NCBI GenBank assembly: GCA_950097015.1
Contig: CATNEN010000011.1
Span: 1,240,001-1,304,000 of the forward strand
Direction: 5' to 3'
DNA: 64,000 nucleotides
From: Macrostomum hystrix
Lineage: Eukaryota > Animalia > Platyhelminthes
Of this stretch, positions 34,831-46,300 are shown in pieces. The translations under genes and the position numbers were made by a program. Under the pieces are notes generated by a model that saw only the letters and a list, made by a program, of their open reading frames with translations, was not told the origin of the DNA and did not search any database. Every line of letters begins with the position of its first letter. Positions within the stretch are counted from its first letter, which is position 1.

Positions 34831-36640
34831 GGGATTATGTCGTTTGGCTTCGGGATTAAGCCATTGGATTAGGTTTTGAGGTCCGAGGTTCGGTCTTTAA
34901 TAATCGAGTTTAGTGGTCGGATTATCGAAACCCGGAATGATTAGGTTGTTACGTGTGGTTTTCACGTTTTTGTTAGATATTATTTTAGTTATGTGTTATA
35001 CAAGTTTGTTTAAAAAAAATTACTTAGAGTGGTTATAATTGAATGTTTACTTTTCTCAAAGCAGTAACTAGTACTTCATTCATCTGTTATATTATTACTA
35101 TAGTAGTTTTTTTATAAAGTTTTAGATAGACCATGTTTTCGAATTACGTGTAGTATTCATTTCTAGATTTTATACCTGAAGTCTAGATGCTCCTCTAAGG
35201 CCTGAAATCACACCAAGATTTTTATTTGTTCGAAAAATGCGGTCGCCACTACACTACTTATGAGTAGTATGCATGCAGCTTGCAATCATACACAATAGCT
35301 TCAATTATGAGCTTATTCCTTTTAGCAATAAAGTGTTTTTTGTCTTGCCATTTTTTAATGTAACTACACTCTTTTGCGAATTGTATTTCTAATTCTCTCG
35401 ACTTCTAAAGTATTCTTTCATTTTCACGTCTAACTTTGGTGAGAAGTTCTGTAGTACTCGTAAATACAATTTACTAGCTTATTTACAAATGCTCATGTCT
35501 TATGTCTGTATTCACTAAATCGAAAAGGAAGGATATGTTTAAACATTCTTAAACTTTTTTCTTCATTCATTGTTTTTCTTGCTTGTAGGCAAGTTAGTAA
35601 GCAGTTAGTTACTTTCTTATTTTGCTTTAAAGCCTTTGATAAGTAATTGCGTAAATGTCATAAAATCACAATAGTTAATGTGCCACTTAAGTTCATATGC
35701 CTAAAAATCGTACCGGTTTATCAAAGTCTTACCGGGTGAACTTTCTTTATGAATTCGTTTAGATGTTGGATTGTTTCAAGTTATGCTTAAAATAAATTTT
35801 ATGTTTCTTGCGCGAAGTTGAGACTAGACAAAACCCGGATAACTTAATGGTTTTATGGATCTATTAGTGTGTGTAAGGGCGTATATTAGTATAAATGCAT
35901 ATATTCATGTATAAAGAAGGGCTTCACAAATAACACTTTTGCTCAAGGGGTTTTTATCATAACTCTCATATGGGAAGCTTTATTTTTATTAAGAATTAAG
36001 GGATTTATATCCTAAAGCTCTTATTATATCGTTGTAAACAACAGTCCTAAATAATGAAACCCTATCGTTTCCAGCATTTTTTGTCACAATTTCCAGCCGA
36101 AAATGTCCTATTATAAAATATGGACACAACATATCTGCGTAATCGTTGTAAAACGTAATTCTTAGAAATTTTTCGCTAGCGCTATAATTCAAACTTAAAT
36201 CTTTCGATGAAAACAAAAAAATAGTTGGTCGTAAGCTTATCGATATAATATTACTGACGGCGTTTGATTTTGCTGCTTGCTTACATGAAGACCGTATTTA
36301 TTCTTTTTCGTCATAGTTTTATCCTAATTCACATTTCTAATTGACTGGACACAGTGTACTAAAATTAGCAAGATAACTTGCTAGATAACAATTGCGCCGA
36401 AGATAGCTACGTGACGTTTTTTAACAGCACAATATCTGAACCCTGTCCAAGCTGCATGTTGTAAAAATAGGAGTCTCTTATAAGACGAAACACTATACAT
36501 AAAGCGTTGTACCTTAAGTTTACGTTTTCTTCTAATTATATACTTAGAAGCAGCTCTTGTGGACGTTGATTGAAATATTCATCCATTGTCATTGTTTCTT
36601 TGAATACATCTAGTCTCTAGCAGAAAATCATTGACCAATA

Positions 36641-39600
36641 ATGTCTTACTTCTGTCACAGTTGCCAAGATGCAAAAAACCAAAGTAAAATTGAACATTGT
36701 ACTGAAGTAAGTATTTATATATTTTTGAAGCTACTTTATTATTCATTAGTGTCTATAAGCTAACTGATTATGTGTTTAATAAGAAACCTTCAATGTCGAA
36801 GCTGTTTCCATTCTTTCGGGGAAGAAAGGAATTATAATAAAAATAACTACTAGGGGGGGCACAACTACTAAGGGTTGTCACTACCACTACTAGTTGGTAG
36901 AACTTATGTACATTGAGAGGTATTACAGAAAAAAAAATTATAATAGTATCAAAAATAATGTAATGATCTAAAACAGCTTCCTTCAAATAATAATACCTTC
37001 AAACAGACAAGTAATAGGCCTGTTTTTTAGTTAGGGTAATGTATCATCAACCAAACAAGAATGTGTATTTTTTTAACTTCAAACCTAAGCTACAGATTTT
37101 CTATTTAAGATATGATGATAAATCAAAAGCCAAGTTATAGAAAACAGTTACATCTTTCTAAAAAGTATCTGCTTTTGCAATTTTATCAAATAGAAAAAAG
37201 TTATTCCTGCTTTTTATCTATAACCGAACAATGATTTTCATGTATCTTCAAACCAAACAGAGAATTTGATGTTTGGTTTTACAATTTGAGTGAGTGTTTA
37301 AATCTTATTTTAAGGAGTGAACTATCATGAATTATGTCATTTGAAAGCATTTTTCATGCTTTATAAATAACTACATTTTTGGTCATTTCATTGGCAAGCA
37401 ACCACATACAATCTTTGTCTAAAGTATATACTGAAAAATTGTTGTTAAAAAGTATGCTTTTGCAATAAAAATTTCTACTGAAACATCAATATCTTTCCTT
37501 CCTCTTAATGCTTCATTGCACATCATGCCTCAGCTTGTAGATAATTTCTTCAACTTTCAAATTAGTTGTTCTGTGAAACACAATAGCTTGTTTCTGTCTT
37601 GCACGAGACCAAGGAAGAAGTAAAAATTATTGTTCGGTTTTGAAGATACACTGTTCGGTTGATGATACATTACCCTATAGTAAAATCATTTGGTCCTTAA
37701 TTAAATTATAAAAAAATCTGTGCCCTTTAAGAAACATGACAAATTTGTGGACATGTGTCTGGCTCAATTTTTAAACTTAAGTTTTGCATGATACACAGTA
37801 GGACTAGCACCATAGCATAGTGCTTACATACAATAGGTCCTATAGAATGGCCTGCCAATATGTGGGCCAACAGTGCAAAGCCAAGCTTGGTACACTATAA
37901 AATATAAAATTTGAAACCTTTAACTTTCCTTATATAGCTATATGTATAAATTTTACTATAGAAAACATTTAGAAGTATTAAATTTTAATTTTAATTCCAC
38001 TTTCTCTTTTTAATATTCTTTATTTATTTTCAAATGGTCTCTATAAAAAAAACAAATTTGTAGGGACTAATTTGCAAGGATTGCAGATCAGACTTTTTGG
38101 AGGAGTTAAATGACCAAAAGTAAGTTATTAAGATTGTCAAACTTCGACTTTATTTTATAAAAATCACAATAACTCTAGAAAGGGTGGGGTTTTGCTAAAA
38201 AACTGAACTTTAGAAAATGGTGAGCTTGTTGTCTTACCAAAATAACTCTAGAAGGCAGTTGCAAAGAAATGTTGTCCAGTCACCCTAGAAGGGGGTGGTG
38301 TTGTCCAGTCACCCTAGAAGGGGGTGGTGTTGTCCAGTCATCCTAGAAAGGGGTGGTGTTGTTCAGTCATCCTAGAAGGGGGTGGTGTTGTCCAGTCATC
38401 CTAGAAAGGGGTGGTGTTGTCCAGTCACCCTAGAAGGGGGTGGTGTTGTCCAGTCATCCTAGAAGGGGGTGGTGTTGTCCAGTCACCCTAGAAGGGGGTG
38501 GTGTTGTCCAGTCACCCTAGAAGGGGGTGGTGTTGTCCAGTCACCCTAGAAGGGGGTGGTGTTGTCCAGTCACCCTAGAAGGGGGTGGTGTTGTCCAGTC
38601 ACCCTAGAAGGGGGTGGTGTTGTCCAGTCACCCTAGAAGGGGGTGGTGTTGTCCAGTCACCCTAGAAGGGGGTGGTGTTGTCCAGTCACCCTAGAAGGGG
38701 GTGGTGTTGTCCAGTCATCCTAGAAGGGGGTGGTGTTGTCCAGTCATCCTAGAAAGGGGTGGTGTTGTCCAGTCAAAGTTACTCTCAATGAGGTGGGTTT
38801 GTTGGCCTATTTATATAACAGTTGAAGGTGTTGGGGACGTGTTTGTTGTCCAATGAAAACAGCTCTAGAGAGGGTTAGGCTGTGGTCCAAAAAAATAATA
38901 CCGGAAGTTCTTTCGGCAGCGTTTTTATTATTAAAAAATTCGTTTAAATTTGTATTTCTAGTTTTCCTTCGCTGGTGTACAATCAGGCAACACCAGCTAG
39001 TGTCGGTTCTCGCCTAGTTCGTCACTATCAACGCCATCATTCTTATTCTTTAACTAATGGCGGCACAGACTCTGTTGGAGGCGGTGGCGGAAGTGAAACT
39101 GAATCGTCGGCTGCCATCGGAGCCAGCGGCTCCTCGGTCGGTTCAAGCGAATTATATCGCCTTCGACTAACTCGCAACGGCGGCGGAGCATCCGGTTCCG
39201 GAGGCGGCGTCGGAGCAACAGCTTCTGCTGTTAGTCACGGAGAATTAGACCAATTAATTCAGTCGCTATTTCAACAGGTATTCGGCATTGTTGGCGATCT
39301 AGACGACTACGTGCTCGGCGTTGATAGTCTGGACAATGTGGTCACCCAGCTCATGAACCAGTTGGATGGCGGTGGACCTCCGCCTGCTTCGCCAGACGAT
39401 CTGAAAAAGATTCAATCTGTGCCGGTGACGGAAAAGCAGCAGACAGATCGGCTGCAGTGCTCCGTGTGCTTCGATGAGTTCTTGCTTGGCTGCTATGTTG
39501 ATCGACTGCCGTGCCAGCATTCATTTCATCACGACTGTATCCTGCCTTGGCTAGAGAAGGTTCGTTGATCAAATTTATTGATTGGGGTTTCTGATTTCAT

Positions 39601-40340
39601 TCCTGGGTGTGGGATGTGTGCCAGCAGAGTGGTTTGCCTCACGCACCAAGGTCCCTGAGCATGTGTGGCATCCGTCCCAGTCCACGGACTGAGACGTTGT
39701 ACACACACCGGACAGCGCCGGACAGTGGCCTTTGGAAGCCAAGGGGTGTCGCCATTACTAGGCGGGTGTCGCCGCTACTAGGGGGTTGTCGTCGCTACTA
39801 GGGGGTTGTCGCCGCTACTAGGTGGGTGTCGCCGCTACTAGGCGGGTGTCGCCGCTACTAGGGGGTGTCGCCGCTACTAGGGGGGTGTCGCCACTCCTAG
39901 GGGTGTCGCCATTACTAGGGGAGGGCTACGCTACCTGTGGGCGCCACATAGTTTCGTCAGCCGATCAGGGAGGCACGGCCCCCCTTGCACCCCCTGGCTA
40001 CGCCCCTGTGTTAAGGTTAGATCTATGATCGATGTACAGCAATGCAACGAGTTGTCTCATTTATTAGTAGGCAAAAATTGCTCATTAACAGCACGGAACT
40101 TGTCCGGTGTGTCGGAAAAGCCTATCTGGCGAGGACACAACCACACAGTCGTTTGTCGATCGGCGCGCAGCCGCGCTAAGTCGGCAGCCGCCGATGCTGC
40201 CTAGAAGGAATCCGCGTCGAAGAACAGTGGCCACGTCCACATCGACAAGTACTTCGCGAAGTCGCGACAGAAGCGGCGCCGGCGCCTCCGATAGCCCTTC
40301 GGCTAATGGGGCGGCATCGCAAACAATGGACGAAGATTGA
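36641..40340 (+). CDS. RNF126: RNF126/RNF115-like RING-H2 E3 ubiquitin ligase, 322 aa (exons 36641-36706, 38064-38119, 38962-39559, 40092-40340)
   Basis: The N-terminal zinc finger is split over exons 1-2 (MSYFCHSC ... LICKDCRSDFLEEL), both with GTAAGT donors. Then come DYVLG..SLDNVVTQLMNQLDGGGPPPA and the RING-H2 CSVCFDEF..LPCQHSFHHDCILPWLEK|HGTCPVCRKSL. Phases 0/2/0 are consistent (969 nt). Cannot distinguish RNF126 from RNF115. Confidence 0.92.
38272..38772. repeat. 29-bp minisatellite (TGTTGTCCAGTCACCCTAGAAGGGGGTGG), about 17 copies, intronic
   Basis: Tandem repeat in intron 2 of the RNF gene. Confidence 0.95.
39745..39925. repeat. ~19-21-bp GC-rich minisatellite (GTGTCGCCGCTACTAGGGG) in intron 3 of the RNF gene
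   Basis: About 9 degenerate copies. The nearby CCCCCTGGCTACGCCCCTG (about 39990-40008) resembles a DNA-transposon end, but no matching TSD was found. Confidence 0.8.
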
Positions 40341-40629
40341 GTTAAAAACTATATTTTGGCGCATTGTTAAGGAGACCCTAACTAACAAAAGGCATCGTTC
40401 CATATTTACGTTTTAATATTTTACTTTACCATGGTTTTTGCATGCTCTGCTAAGTTACAAGAAGTTAGTAAAAAGAAACCTTTAAAATTTCGTATTTGCT
40501 TCAATTCTAAATTTCTAAAAACTAGAAACCAATTATGAATATTTCTTTTTTTTCGAAAAAAAACCTATTTGTTTTCCGTTTTTTAAAAACATCGAATCTG
40601 AATATGTTCGTTTTTTCGTAAAAAATTGA

Positions 40630-41588
40630 AGCTAATGCATTCTGTATTTCGGAAAACCGATTCTGAATGCATTCTGTATTTCGGAAAACCGATTCTGAAT
40701 GCATTCTGTATTTCGGAAAACCGATTCTGAATGCATTCTGTATTTCGGAAAACCGATTCTGAATGCATTCTGTATTTCGGAAAACCGATTCTGAATGCAT
40801 TCTGTATTTCGGAAAACCGATTCTGAATGCATTCTGTATTTCGGAAAACCGATTCTGAATGCACTCTGTATTTCGGAAAACCGATTCTGAATGCATTCTG
40901 TATTTCGGAAAACGGATTCTGAATGCATTCTGTATTTCGGAAAACCGATTCTGAATGCATTCTGTATTTCGGAAAACCGATTCTGAATGCATTCTTTATT
41001 TCGGAAAACCGATTCTGAATGCATTCTGTATTTCGGAAAACCGATTCTGAATGTATTCTGTGTTTCGGAAAACGGATTCTGAATGCATTCTGTATTTCGG
41101 AAAACGGATTCTGAATGCATTCTGTATTTCGTTAAACCGATTCTGAATGCATTCTGTATTTCGGAAAACGGATTCTGAATGCATTCTGTATTTCGGAAAA
41201 CCGATTCTGAATGCATTCTGTATTTCGGAAAACCGATTCTGAATGCATTCTGTATTTCGGAAAACCGATTCTGAATGCATTCTTTATTTCGGAAAACCGA
41301 TTCTGAATGCATTCTGTATTTCGGAAAACCGATTCTGAATGCATTCTGTATTTCGGAAAACCGATTCTGAATGCACTCTGTATTTCGGAAAACCGATTCT
41401 GAATGCATTCTGTATTTCGGAAAACCGATTCTGAATGCATTCTGTATTTCGGAAAACCGATTCTGAATGCATTCTTTATTTCGGAAAACCGATTCTGAAT
41501 GCATTCTGTATTTCGGAAAACCGATTCTGAATGCATTCTGTATTTCGGAAAACCGATTCTGAATGCATTCTGTATTTCGGAAAACCGA
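40630..41588. repeat. 32-bp minisatellite (GAATGCATTCTGTATTTCGGAAAACCGATTCT), about 30 copies
   Basis: Tandem repeat. Each unit has the palindrome GAATGCATTC and the mini-hairpin TCGG-AAAA-CCGA. Confidence 0.97.
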
Positions 41589-42292
41589 AACTTTTTAAAA
41601 AACGGAATCTGAATTTTAGAGCAAAAATTGTCCATTCCAGGCTTTAATTATTTTATTATATCGTTAAGGAGATAAAAAATATATAATTCATGTTGCTATT
41701 TTTGTCTACAATGGACCATCTCATTGTTGCCGTTTTTAAAGAAGCCAATATGTTTTAATTTTTTTTACTGGTTGACGCAAAATTGTCTTTTAAACTAAAC
41801 TTTTGTATTCGTAATAAAGTACCGTGTCAAGTAGTATAGCATGCGTGCTTTTTATAAATCTATCTCTTTTTTAACGACTATCTATTCATAGTTATGCTAC
41901 ATGCCACCCACACTACTGTGAGTAGCTAGTAAGTGTTTTTGTGTTGCTTTATGTTTGCCAGTTTTTCTTTAAACTTCTCTGGAACCCTGTTATATGAAAT
42001 AATTGAGTTGTTCCTAGTGTAATGTGCTTTTTTTCGAAAGTTACAAAAAATATTTTTTATAGTTTTTTGTCAGTAACAAATAAAGGAAATTTACCACAGG
42101 GTACATATTTTTGAAGCGTGATTATTGTGAAAAAAAACTATATAATATATGAAGTTATACCTAACTAATTATTCTGCTAGCCTATATAAAGTGTTAAATG
42201 CAAGAAAACATGTATTTTGACTTGTTATTTTTGCATGCAGTTAAACGTTAGAATCTTATAACATGCATTCATCTGTGCTTAAATATCTATCT

Positions 42293-42606
42293 TTACCTGT
42301 TCCTTTACCTGTGCCTTCACCTGTGCCTTCATTTTCATCGTCTCCAGTGCCTTCACCTGTTCCGCTACCTGTGTCTTCACATGTGCCTTCACCTGTGTCT
42401 TCACATGTGCCTTCACCTGTGCCATCACCTGTGCCTTCAACTATGCCTTCACCTGTGCCTTCACCTGTGCCTTCACCTGTGCCATCACCTGTGCCTTCAA
42501 CTATGCCTTCACCTGTGCCTTCACCTGTGTCTTCACATGTGCCTTCACATGTGCCATCACCTGTGCCTTCAACTATGCCTTCACCTGTGCCTTCACCTGT
42601 TCCTTT
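42293..42606. repeat. 12-bp minisatellite (CACCTGTGCCTT)
   Basis: Tandem repeat giving the SPVP-periodic ORF. Confidence 0.9.
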
Positions 42607-43334
42607 ATCTTAATTATCTCCTGTCCCTTTATCTGCGCCTTCTCCATAGTTTTTTTTCAAATAGAGTTATTTATCATGCAATAATCCGATGCTTAAAAAT
42701 GCGTTAATCACAAAAATACTGCAGTTCATGTCACTTAGTCTAGGCCCTCTATTAGATTCTAGGTGTCGTTCTCTGCCCCTATTCTAAAAAGCGGCTCGGA
42801 ACTTGTTCTTTAGCCTGTTTCAACTGCCACATAATTGAACCTCTTATTCGCGTTTTTATCTTAAACCGACGACCAAGACAGCTACTGACAGCTTCTGTTG
42901 AATCAAACAGTTAAGCTTTTGCTACTGATTAACGAACTTTGAATATAAAATCAAATGCTAGTCTAGACTAAGAAGCACTTATATCAGATTCTCGGGTAAT
43001 ACTTTGAATTCGTTCTTTGCTTAACCAACAGTAGCGCTGGCGGCGACTTTGGGTCTATTGGACATATATATTATTATTCTATTGTTCACTGTCGTTGGGT
43101 AGACTGAGACGATTCTACTCAGACATACTCAACGGTGTAGTTGCCTAGATTTCGATCCGTTTGTCATAGATGAATAAGATTCAATGTGAAGTGGCACAGT
43201 TCTAAAGAAAAATGGCCGAGTTTTTTTGCTCAGAATAATAAGAATAGACTTGAGTACTCGAGTTTATTCTATGGCTATCTGCCGAGCACTGGTTGGGTTC
43301 GGTTGTCTGAGCCGTGCGTCTGAGTAATATAAAG

Positions 43335-46300
43335 CTTACTTTTCTAGTAGGAGAGAAGCCTGTCTTTCAGGTAGGAGAGATGCCTGTCTTTCAGGTAGGA
43401 GAGATGCCTGTCTTTCAGGTAGGTGAGATGCCTGTCTTTCAGGTAGGAGAGATGCCTGTCTGTCAGGTAGGAGAGAAGCCTGTCTTTCAGGTAGGAGAGA
43501 TGCCTGTCTGTCAGGTAGGAGAGAAGCCTGTCTTTCAGGTAGGTGAGATGCCTGTCTTTCAGGTAGGTGAGATGCCTGTCTTTCAGATAGGTGAGATGCC
43601 TGTCTTTCAGGTAGGAGAGATGCCTGTCTTTCAGGTAGGAGAGATGCCTGTCTTTCAGGTAGGTGAGATGCCTGTCTTTCAGGTAGGAGAGATGCCTGTC
43701 TTTCAGGTAGGAGAGATGCCTGTCTTTCGGGTAGGAGAGATGCCTGTCTTTCAGGTAGGTGAGATGCCTGTCTTTCAGATAGGTGAGATGCCTGTCTTTC
43801 AGGTAGGAGAGATGCCTGTCTTTCAGGTAGGAGAGATGCCTGTCTTTCAGGTAGGTGAGATGCCTGTCTTTCAGATAGGTGAGATGCCTGTCTTTCAGAT
43901 AGGAGAGATGCCTGTCTTTCAGGTAGGAGAGATGCCTGTCTTTCAGGTAGGTGAGATGCCTGTCTTTCAGGTAGGAGAGATGCCTGTCTTTCAGATAGGA
44001 GATAGGAGAGATGCCTGTCTTTCAGGTAGGTGAGATGCCTGTCTTTCAGGTAGGTGAGATGCCTGTCTTTCAGGTAGGTGAGATGCCTGTCTTTCAGGTA
44101 GGAGAGATGCCTGTCTTTCAGATAGGAGAGATGCCTGTCTTTCAGGTAGGAGAGATGCCTGTCTTTCAGGTAGGAGAGATGCCTGTCTTTCAGGTAGGAG
44201 AGATGCCTGTCTTTCAGATAGGAGAGATGCCTGTCTTTCAGGTAGGAGAGATGCCTGTCTTTCAGGTAGGAGAGATGCCTGTCTTTCAGGTAGGAGAGAT
44301 GCCTGTCTTTCAGATAGGAGAGATGCCTGTCTTTCAGGTAGGAGAGATGCCTGTCTTTCAGGTAGGAGAGATGCCTGTCTTTCAGGTAGGAGAGATGCCT
44401 GTCTTTCAGATAGGAGAGATGCCTGTCTTTCAGGTAGGTGAGATGCCTGTCTTTCAGGTAGGTGAGATGCCTGTCTTTCAGGTAGGAGAGATGCCTGTCT
44501 TTCAGGTAGGTGAGATGCCTGTCTTTCAGGTAGGAGAGATGCCTGTCTTTCAGGTAGGAGAGAAGCCTGTCTTTCAGGTAGGAGAGATGCCTGTCTTTCA
44601 GGTAGGAGAGATGCCTGTCTTTCAGGTAGGTGAGATGCCTGTCTTTCAGGTAGGAGAGATGCCTGTCTTTCAGATAGGAGATAGGAGAGATGCCTGTCTT
44701 TCAGGTAGGAGAGATGCCTGTCTTTCAGGTAGGTGAGATGCCTGTCTTTCAGATAGGTGAGATGCCTGTCTTTCAGGTAGGAGAGATGCCTGTCTTTCAG
44801 GTAGGAGAGATGCCTGTCTTTCAGGTAGGTGAGATGCCTGTCTTTCAGATAGGTGAGATGCCTGTCTTTCAGATAGGAGAGATGCCTGTCTTTCAGGTAG
44901 GAGAGATGCCTGTCTTTCAGGTAGGTGAGATGCCTGTCTTTCAGGTAGGAGAGATGCCTGTCTTTCAGATAGGAGATAGGAGAGATGCCTGTCTTTCAGG
45001 TAGGTGAGATGCCTGTCTTTCAGGTAGGTGAGATGCCTGTCTTTCAGGTAGGTGAGATGCCTGTCTTTCAGGTAGGAGAGATGCCTGTCTTTCAGATAGG
45101 AGAGATGCCTGTCTTTCAGGTAGGAGAGATGCCTGTCTTTCAGGTAGGAGAGATGCCTGTCTTTCAGGTAGGAGAGATGCCTGTCTTTCAGATAGGAGAG
45201 ATGCCTGTCTTTCAGATAGGAGAGATGCCTGTCTTTCAGGTAGGAGAGATGCCTGTCTTTCAGGTAGGAGAGATGCCTGTCTTTCAGGTAGGAGAGATGC
45301 CTGTCTTTCAGGTAGGTGAGATGCCTGTCTTTCAGATAGGTGAGATGCCTGTCTTTCAGATAGGAGAGATGCCTGTCTTTCAGGTAGGAGAGATGCCTGT
45401 CTTTCAGGTAGGTGAGATGCCTGTCTTTCAGGTAGGAGAGATGCCTGTCTTTCAGATAGGAGATAGGAGAGATGCCTGTCTTTCAGGTAGGTGAGATGCC
45501 TGTCTTTCAGGTAGGTGAGATGCCTGTCTTTCAGGTAGGTGAGATGCCTGTCTTTCAGGTAGGAGAGATGCCTGTCTTTCAGATAGGAGAGATGCCTGTC
45601 TTTCAGGTAGGAGAGATGCCTGTCTTTCAGGTAGGAGAGATGCCTGTCTTTCAGGTAGGAGAGATGCCTGTCTTTCAGATAGGAGAGATGCCTGTCTTTC
45701 AGATAGGAGAGATGCCTGTCTTTCAGGTAGGAGAGATGCCTGTCTTTCAGGTAGGAGAGATGCCTGTCTTTCAGATAGGAGAGATGCCTGTCTTTCAGGT
45801 AGGAGAGATGCCTGTCTTTCAGGTAGGAGAGATGCCTGTCTTTCAGGTAGGAGAGATGCCTGTCTTTCAGATAGGAGAGATGCCTGTCTTTCAGGTAGGT
45901 GAGATGCCTGTCTTTCAGGTAGGTGAGATGCCTGTCTTTCAGGTAGGAGAGATGCCTGTCTTTCAGGTAGGTGAGATGCCTGTCTTTCAGGTAGGAGAGA
46001 TGCCTGTCTTTCAGGTAGGAGAGAAGCCTGTCTTTCAGGTAGGAGAGATGCCTGTCTTTCAGGTAGGAGAGAAGCCTGTCTTTCAGGTAGGTGAGATGCC
46101 TGTCTTTCAGGTAGGAGAGATGCCTGTCTTTCAGGTAGGTGAGATGCCTCTCTTTCAGGTTGCAGAGATGCCTGTCTTTCAGGTAGGAGAGATGCCTGTC
46201 TTTCAGGTAGGAGAGAAGCCTGTCTTTCAGGTAGGAGAGAAGCCTGTCTTTCAGGTAGGAGAGATGCCTGTCTTTCAGGTAGGAGAGATGCCTGTCTTTC

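Noticed and set aside
39723-40008. Possible DNA transposon in intron 3 of the RNF gene
   Set aside because: The right end looks TIR-like, but the left match is poor and there is no TSD, so it is not called as an element.
34235-41588. 36-bp, 29-bp and 32-bp partly palindromic repeats resembling CRISPR direct repeats
   Set aside because: Units are head-to-tail with no unique spacers, there are no cas genes, and the context is eukaryotic.
40522-41635. MHSESVFRNTECIQNRFSEIQNAFRIGFPKYR ORFs
   Set aside because: The 32-bp unit cycles through all three frames, giving an artefactual 32-aa period.
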